A stretch of DNA of 64,000 nt from Tepidisphaera sp. (GTDB lineage Bacteria; Planctomycetota; Phycisphaerae; Phycisphaerales; UBA1924), in contig CP051526.1 of the NCBI GenBank assembly GCA_050916045.1, positions 160,001 to 224,000 of the forward strand, given 5' to 3'. The notes under the pieces were generated by a model. The model was not told the DNA's origin. It searched no databases and saw nothing but the letters and a program-made list of their open reading frames with translations. The stretch's first letter is position 1, and each line of letters starts with the position of its first letter. Position numbers and translations under genes: made by a program. Of the stretch, positions 58,815 through 64,000 are shown in pieces.

Positions 58815-59341
58815 CCGCTCCCATCCCACCCGAATTCCAAGCCGCCAGCGGGACGATGTACGACACCTTCGCCCGCGACATGCGAGCACGCGGCATGCCC
58901 GAAGCCGTCCCGTTCCTGAAGGACAAGCTCGCACCGCGCCACGAGAGCACCCTGCCCGCAGGCCCCGGCTATCGCGTCGTCAAGATGAAGGTCTTCAGCA
59001 GGTTCACCTCGTACTCGGCCACATACAACGCCCGCACCGGCGAACAGACCTCGATGATGATGGGCGCCCTCATGAAGGACCCGGGCGAAGAGCTCACCCG
59101 CGATGAAGCCGTCGAAGCAGCGTCCGCCCTGCTCAAGCCGCCCGGCGACGCCCTCCTCGATGTCGCCGAGTATGACCAGGCCGCCGGCGAACCCTTCTTC
59201 ATCGTCCGCTGGTCGCATAAGCATCAGGGCGTGGTCGTCGAGCGCGACTACATCCAGGCTCTCTTCAACGGAAAGAGCAAGCGTATTTTCTCGTGGTCGC
59301 GCCGCTGGCACTCCGTCCGCACCGAGGAGGCTCCGCGATGA
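58811..59341 (+). CDS. Candidate immunity protein 3 (YcdB/YcdC-PepSY-like)
   Basis: ATGA coupling; LTRDEAVEAA, WSHKHQGVVVERDYIQALFNGKSKRI. Confidence 0.55.
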   Translation: MTAPIPPEFQAASGTMYDTFARDMRARGMPEAVPFLKDKLAPRHESTLPAGPGYRVVKMKVFSRFTSYSATYNARTGEQTSMMMGALMKDPGEELTRDEAVEAASALLKPPGDALLDVAEYDQAAGEPFFIVRWSHKHQGVVVERDYIQALFNGKSKRIFSWSRRWHSVRTEEAPR

Positions 59342-59841
59342 ATCCGCTCGGGTCGTGCTCGCTTGCCGTCGCGTGCCTCGTGCTCGCCGGTTGCGGCGCG
59401 AACCAACCCGCACCCGCCGCGCCGGAACCCACCCCGGCGCCCGTTGTCACCAAACCCGCCGGCACGGAGGCCGTTATGCCGCTTGCGACCATCGATCCTT
59501 CCATTCTCGAACAAGCCAAGGACGAAGGCGGCTTCGTCGCGATCGTCCGCGTCACCTCGTCCAAGATCGAGAACGCCGGCACCCGGAGCGAAGCCGCTCG
59601 CATCGAAGCCGAGGTGCTCCGCTCCATCCACGGCACGCTTGCCGGAAAGATCTCGCTCCGTTCCTACACCAAGGGCGGCGATCCCGTCCTCAAGCCCGGC
59701 ACCGTGCACGCCGTCGCTCTCTTCACCGATCCCAGGTTCGCTCCGGCAATGGACCTCATCGGCCACGCGCCCTGCGACGAAGCTCGCGTCGAAGAATCCG
59801 CCCAGGCACACACGAAGCTGCTCAAGGGAACACCCCGTTGA
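59338..59841 (+). CDS. Lipoprotein (candidate periplasmic immunity/accessory)
   Basis: ATGA coupling; lipobox LAGC. Confidence 0.7.
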   Translation: MNPLGSCSLAVACLVLAGCGANQPAPAAPEPTPAPVVTKPAGTEAVMPLATIDPSILEQAKDEGGFVAIVRVTSSKIENAGTRSEAARIEAEVLRSIHGTLAGKISLRSYTKGGDPVLKPGTVHAVALFTDPRFAPAMDLIGHAPCDEARVEESAQAHTKLLKGTPR

Positions 59842-59875
59842 CCGTTCGCGCGACGCGCACTTCGGAGACCACGCG

Positions 59876-60169
59876 ATGCCAAACGCAGCCTGTGTCGGAG
59901 ACATGCACACCTGCCCGTTGTTCAACGGCCCGGTGCCGCACGTGGGCGGACCGATCCTGCCTCCCGGCACGCCGAACGTCATCATCGGCGGACGTCCTGC
60001 GGCCGTCGCGACCGGGATGTGCGTCTGCGTCGGCCCACCCGACACGATCGCCAAGGGATCCGCGACGGTGATGATCGGCGGCAAGCCCGCCGCCCGCGTC
60101 GGCGACCTGACCGCGCATGGCGGGAGCATCGTGGGCCCCGGGGCGCCCACGGTCATGATTGGCGGGTGA
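59876..60169 (+). CDS. PAAR domain spike-tip protein
   Basis: HTCP, PHVGGPI, GRPAA, GKPAARVGD, HGG. Confidence 0.93.
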   Translation: MPNAACVGDMHTCPLFNGPVPHVGGPILPPGTPNVIIGGRPAAVATGMCVCVGPPDTIAKGSATVMIGGKPAARVGDLTAHGGSIVGPGAPTVMIGG

Positions 60170-60179
60170 GTTGAGCCAT

Positions 60180-60800
60180 CTATCGCCAGTCCGTTGGCCG
60201 GACAATCTCTCTGCCATCCGCGTCCTTGACTTTGTCAGGCATCTGGCTTTGGTTGAACTTGGCTCGACCAATCGTCATGCTCCCCGAGCACGCAGTCGCC
60301 AGCTCACCAGAATGACGCTTCGGCGGAAAGAGCACTGAGACGACCTTGCGCGGGAATCTCTGCCGCACCATCCGAACCGCGCCCACAAGATCAGTGTCAG
60401 CGGAAACAAGGAGGGCGACATCGAATCGATCGTCGATGGCGTCGACCAGCAGGTCGATTGCGATGTTCACGTCTGTCATTTTCTCGACCGGGAGCCATAC
60501 CTCGTGATTGCAGGTACGGCAGAGCCTTGGCCGCTCCTGTAGCATTCCGAAGGTAATCCTGAGGTCGGGCAACGTCTGAAGGGCGTCAAGATACGCGGAC
60601 TGACGAAGAACTTTGTCCGCAGGTTTCTTGAGTCGAGATGTGTAGTAGTTCGTGCGAAGGAGCGATTGCCCAGGCCTAAGGAGATTCCGGACCAGTCGAG
60701 GCAGATCGAGCCATTAGAAGCGTTGCCAACCGCTGTCCTTAAGCCCGTTGTACAGGTTAAAGCCGTCGATGTAGGCGATAACCCGTTGCGGACCACCAGT
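60180..60800 (-). pseudogene. NYN-domain (PIN-like) ribonuclease pseudogene
   Basis: RVIAYIDGFNLY, EKMTDVNIA, LVSADTDL; in-frame TAA at 60714-60716; no canonical in-frame start; visibly lower GC. Confidence 0.8.
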
Positions 60801-60811
60801 TTGTGAACGTA

Positions 60812-60840
60812 TTGAATCGGCTTGGTCGATGGGATATACT
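60812..60840 (+). promoter_or_regulatory. Near-consensus sigma70 promoter divergent from NYN
   Basis: TTGAAT-N17-TATACT. Confidence 0.65.
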
Positions 60841-60845
60841 CCTCA

Positions 60846-60905
60846 TGACTACCCCGAGGAGCGATCCTCGGACCGACGCCCGCGAAAGCGGGCGTTTACT
60901 TTTTT
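60846..60905 (+). ncRNA. Putative ~60-nt small RNA (two GNRA hairpins plus U tract)
   Basis: CCGAGGA-GCGA-TCCTCGG, ACGCCCGC-GAAA-GCGGGCGT, TTACTTTTTT, directly after the promoter. Confidence 0.5.
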
Positions 60906-60978
60906 GCGGGGCATGAACCCCGCCGCTCGACAACTCCCCTGCTGACCAAGGGATCTGGTAGAGCGATTCAGGCTGTTC

Positions 60979-62169
60979 CTACTGCAGGTTGACCGGCATC
61001 ACGACGTACACGAAGTCCTGCCCGCTGCGGATCAGGCCCGGCTTGTTCCCCGCTTTGAGCTCGAGGATCACTTCCGACTCCGTCACGACCTTGAGCGCGT
61101 CGGTGATGAACGTCGGGTTGAACCCGATCTCAAGGTCATCCCCGTCGTACTTCGCGAGATCGACGGTGATCTGGGCCTCGCCCATCTCCGGAGCCCGGCT
61201 CGAAAGCTCGAGCTGCTGGTTCTTCCCGGTGAAGTGAAGCCGCACGCCGCGCGATTCCTCGTTCGTCAGGAGCGCCGCACGCCGGACCGCCGACGCCAGC
61301 ACGTCCTTGTCGAACGTCACCTTCTTATCGTGGTCCTTGGGGATCACGTCTTCGTACGGAGGGAAGCTGCCCTCGACCAGATTGCTCGAAAGCGTCGCGC
61401 GGCCCGCTGCCGGGTCTTTCTCGCCCGCCGCGAGCACGCTGAAAAAGATCTGGTTGTCCGTGATCGCGATCTGCACCTGCTCCTCAGGGCTTGAGATCAG
61501 CCGCTGGATCATCTGCAGCGCCTTCGTAGGCACGATGCACGAGACGGCTTTGGTGTCCTTGTCAGAGGCCGAAAGCTGCGTACGGCAGAGCGCCAGACGA
61601 CGACCATCCGTCGCCACCATCTCAAGCCGCTTGCCGTCGCGCTTCATCAGCACTCCGTTGATCGCGTACCGGCTGTTCTCGCGGGCGGTCGCGAAGACCG
61701 TCCGCGTGATGATGCCGTCGAGTGCCGACGCCGAGTGGGCGAAGACCGCTTTGGCTTTGGGAATCTCGGGCGTGCCCGCGATGACCGAAGCCATGTCCGG
61801 GATCGGAGGAAAGTCCGCCGCCGGATACCCGTAGACCTTGAAGTGGGCGTCGCGGCCGCGGATGTGCATCGCGTCTTCTTCGGACTCGAGCGTCAGCGTC
61901 GGCTCGCTGTCCTCGGCCCCGATGATCTGGCGGAGCTTGTCCGCCGGAATCAGAGCCTCGCCCGGCTGCTGAACGTCCACCTGAAGCAGCTTCAGCCGCA
62001 TCGAAAGCTCACCGTCGGTCGCGAGCAGCGTCAGCTCGCCCGTCGAGCCCTTCTTGGTGGCTTCCAGCTTGACGCACTGCAACTGAACGCGCGGCGTGCG
62101 CCCCGCCACCGCACCCGAGACCAGGTTGATGCCGTCAAGCAACGCGGACCGATCGCAAATCACCTTCAT
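60979..62169 (-). CDS. dnaN: DNA polymerase III beta clamp
   Basis: MKVICDR, ATDGRRLA, VEGSFPPYEDVIP, IGFNP, YVVMPV. Confidence 0.95.
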   Translation of the reverse strand: MKVICDRSALLDGINLVSGAVAGRTPRVQLQCVKLEATKKGSTGELTLLATDGELSMRLKLLQVDVQQPGEALIPADKLRQIIGAEDSEPTLTLESEEDAMHIRGRDAHFKVYGYPAADFPPIPDMASVIAGTPEIPKAKAVFAHSASALDGIITRTVFATARENSRYAINGVLMKRDGKRLEMVATDGRRLALCRTQLSASDKDTKAVSCIVPTKALQMIQRLISSPEEQVQIAITDNQIFFSVLAAGEKDPAAGRATLSSNLVEGSFPPYEDVIPKDHDKKVTFDKDVLASAVRRAALLTNEESRGVRLHFTGKNQQLELSSRAPEMGEAQITVDLAKYDGDDLEIGFNPTFITDALKVVTESEVILELKAGNKPGLIRSGQDFVYVVMPVNLQ

Positions 62170-62442
62170 GGCAGCTCCAAACGCGGTGCCCATCCCATCC
62201 AAAAGCAGCAAAGACCGAAACACACCCCGCCCACGCTCATCAAGATCGAGGGTATGCCGAGATTGTACTAGGAATAGGGTCGCCGGTGCCTCGACGCCAC
62301 GACGCGTTGTGGATCTTCTTTGCCCGCGACCTGTGAACAACCCGTCGGTTCGCTCGGCTTGGTCCCGCATGCTCGTCCAGCCGCAAGAGCCGCGGGGAGC
62401 CCCGCCGGAACCCAAGTTCGGCCAGTCGGTCCTAAGTTTGCA

Positions 62443-62458
62443 GCAATTCTCATGCCAA
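62443..62458 (-). promoter_or_regulatory. sigma54-type -24/-12 promoter pointing towards dnaN
   Basis: TTGGCATGAGAATTGC (GG-N10-GC). Confidence 0.5.
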
Positions 62459-62654
62459 TCGCAGACCGGGGTTGCTTCGGTTCTCGGACACCCAGATACT
62501 CCTCGGTGCGCTCGCCCGGGGGTGTCCCCGTGCGGCCGCACGCCGTCCGTCTCCACCCTTCAAACGGTGGTGCGGATGTCATTTTCGTCGTCGACGGGCC
62601 ACTCGCGCCGTCGGGACCGCCTCCGACGCCCGTCCCGAGAAAGGACTCTTCCGG

Positions 62655-64000
62655 ATGTCATTCGAAGCCGCCGTCCATGCACAAGCCATCGAACTCGATC
62701 GACTCTCCCTTGAGATGACCGCTGCCGCCGGCACAGGCCATCCGACCAGCTGTATGTCGATCGGCCACCTCATCACCGTCCTGATGTTCCACACTATGAA
62801 GTGGAGCCCCGAGGTGCCCGATTACCCGACCTCCGACCGCCTGGTCCTCTCCGAAGGCCACGCCGTCCCCATCGTCTACGCCGCGTGCGCCAAGATGGGC
62901 ACCATGTACGGCAAGGACGCCAACAAGCGTCGCCGCCTCACCATTGAGGATCTCAAGAAGCTCCGCTCCGCCGAAAGCGAGCTCGACGGCCACCCCAACC
63001 CGATGGAAGGCTTCCCCTTCTTCGACGCCGCCACCGGCTCGCTCGGGCAGGGCTTGTCCGTCGCCATCGGCCTTGGTGAAGCCGCTCGCCTCGACAAAAC
63101 CGAACGCCGGATCTACTGCATCATCGGCGACGGCGAAAGCCGCGAAGGCCAGATCGCCGAGGCTCTCGACCAGATGGTCGACCGCAAGCTCTTCAACGTC
63201 CTCCCGATCTTCAACTGCAACGAGTACGGGCAGACCGACCGCGTCAGCCCGCAGCAGTCCGCCGAGGTGCTGACCGCCAAGCTCCAGGCTTACGGCCTTG
63301 AGGTCAGAGTCATCGACGGCCACAACCCCAACCAGATCAAAGCCGCTTTCGACGCTTTCATCGCGAACAGCGAAGGCAAGAAGCCCATGGCCGTCGTCGC
63401 CCGCACCGCCAAGGGCTGGGGCGCCGAGAGCGTGCAGGGCAACGGCTGGCACGGCAAGCCGCCCACCGGCGACCAGCTCAAGCGGGCCTACGCCGAGCTT
63501 GATCAGAAGCGTCAGAGCCTCACGAGCGCCCTTGGCTCGGGCGACGCTTTCACGATCGAGCCGCCGAAGGAATACCAGACCCCCGACCACGTCGCCGGCG
63601 AACTTCCCACGCTCGCCGAGACGATGAAGTCGATGGACATGACCTCGCTGCTTCAGTCCGGCAACCTCGCGACCCGCCGCGCCTACGGCATCGCGCTGCG
63701 GGCTCTGGCCAAGGTCAACAAGAACGTCGTCGTCCTCGACGCCGACGTCTCCAACTCGACCTTCGCCGAGATGGTCCGCAAGGACTCCACGACCGCCGAG
63801 CGGTTCATCGAGTGCAAGATCGCCGAGCAGAACATGATGTCCGTCGCCGCCGGCCTCTCCGCCGCGGGCAAGATCCCCTTCGTCTCCACCTTCGCCAAGT
63901 TCGTCACCCGCGGGTACGACCAGATCGAGATGGCGATCAACTCCGGCGCGAACATCAAGGTCGTCGGGAGCCACGCGGGCATCACCTTGGCCGCCGACGG
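62655..64000 (+). CDS. tkt: Transketolase (3' end outside window; not in ORF track)
   Basis: MSFEAAVHAQ..., GHPTS, LSEGHA, DGHP, TGSLGQG, GDGE, IAEQNM. Confidence 0.92.
   Translation, partial: MSFEAAVHAQAIELDRLSLEMTAAAGTGHPTSCMSIGHLITVLMFHTMKWSPEVPDYPTSDRLVLSEGHAVPIVYAACAKMGTMYGKDANKRRRLTIEDLKKLRSAESELDGHPNPMEGFPFFDAATGSLGQGLSVAIGLGEAARLDKTERRIYCIIGDGESREGQIAEALDQMVDRKLFNVLPIFNCNEYGQTDRVSPQQSAEVLTAKLQAYGLEVRVIDGHNPNQIKAAFDAFIANSEGKKPMAVVARTAKGWGAESVQGNGWHGKPPTGDQLKRAYAELDQKRQSLTSALGSGDAFTIEPPKEYQTPDHVAGELPTLAETMKSMDMTSLLQSGNLATRRAYGIALRALAKVNKNVVVLDADVSNSTFAEMVRKDSTTAERFIECKIAEQNMMSVAAGLSAAGKIPFVSTFAKFVTRGYDQIEMAINSGANIKVVGSHAGITLAAD

Noticed and set aside
52000..59800. Local C-rich skew as sign of foreign origin of the effector region
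   Set aside because: Similar C-richness is seen in housekeeping genes (nuoG, tkt); cannot be quantified by eye
60845..60916. 23-aa ORF MTTPRSDPRTDARESGRLLFCGA over the small RNA
   Set aside because: ATG lies only 4 nt after the -10 box and the ORF runs through the terminator U tract
62170..62654. oriC next to dnaN
   Set aside because: Only two imperfect DnaA boxes, no AT-rich unwinding element, no dnaA

Overview
High-GC bacterial window, most likely Planctomycetota (Phycisphaerales-like). This is inferred from three secreted proteins with C-terminal 'C-x-x-D-x-N-x-D-x-F-x-D-x-F-D-Y...GC' dockerin-type anchors and from PTPG-variant PEP-CTERM proteins. Left part (1-24.7 kb): secreted/surface proteins, an orphan nuoG followed by tiny membrane ORFs, a cysteine synthase-sulfurtransferase pair preceded by an apparently leaderless polycysteine peptide (MAICCQPGCCC), FMN reductase, M28 peptidase, a FlgM-like mini-protein, a Maf-fusion/neuA/neuB/neuC nonulosonic-acid operon, an HDOD protein and a frameshifted beta-propeller protein. 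Centre (25-60.2 kb): a ~35 kb type VI secretion locus (FHA-less TagH-like gene, tssK, L, M, tagF, then a complete TpsB/TpsA two-partner secretion pair, then tssA, B, C, hcp, tagJ, tssE, F, G, H, vgrG). No tssJ is recognisable. vgrG is followed by a candidate effector with a CHAT/caspase-like His-Cys protease domain, four coupled candidate immunity genes (three PepSY/YcdB-like, one lipoprotein) and PAAR. Right end: a decayed NYN ribonuclease gene with a divergent promoter-hairpin-terminator small RNA, dnaN, and a partial transketolase. All assignments come from motif recognition by eye; no searches were run.
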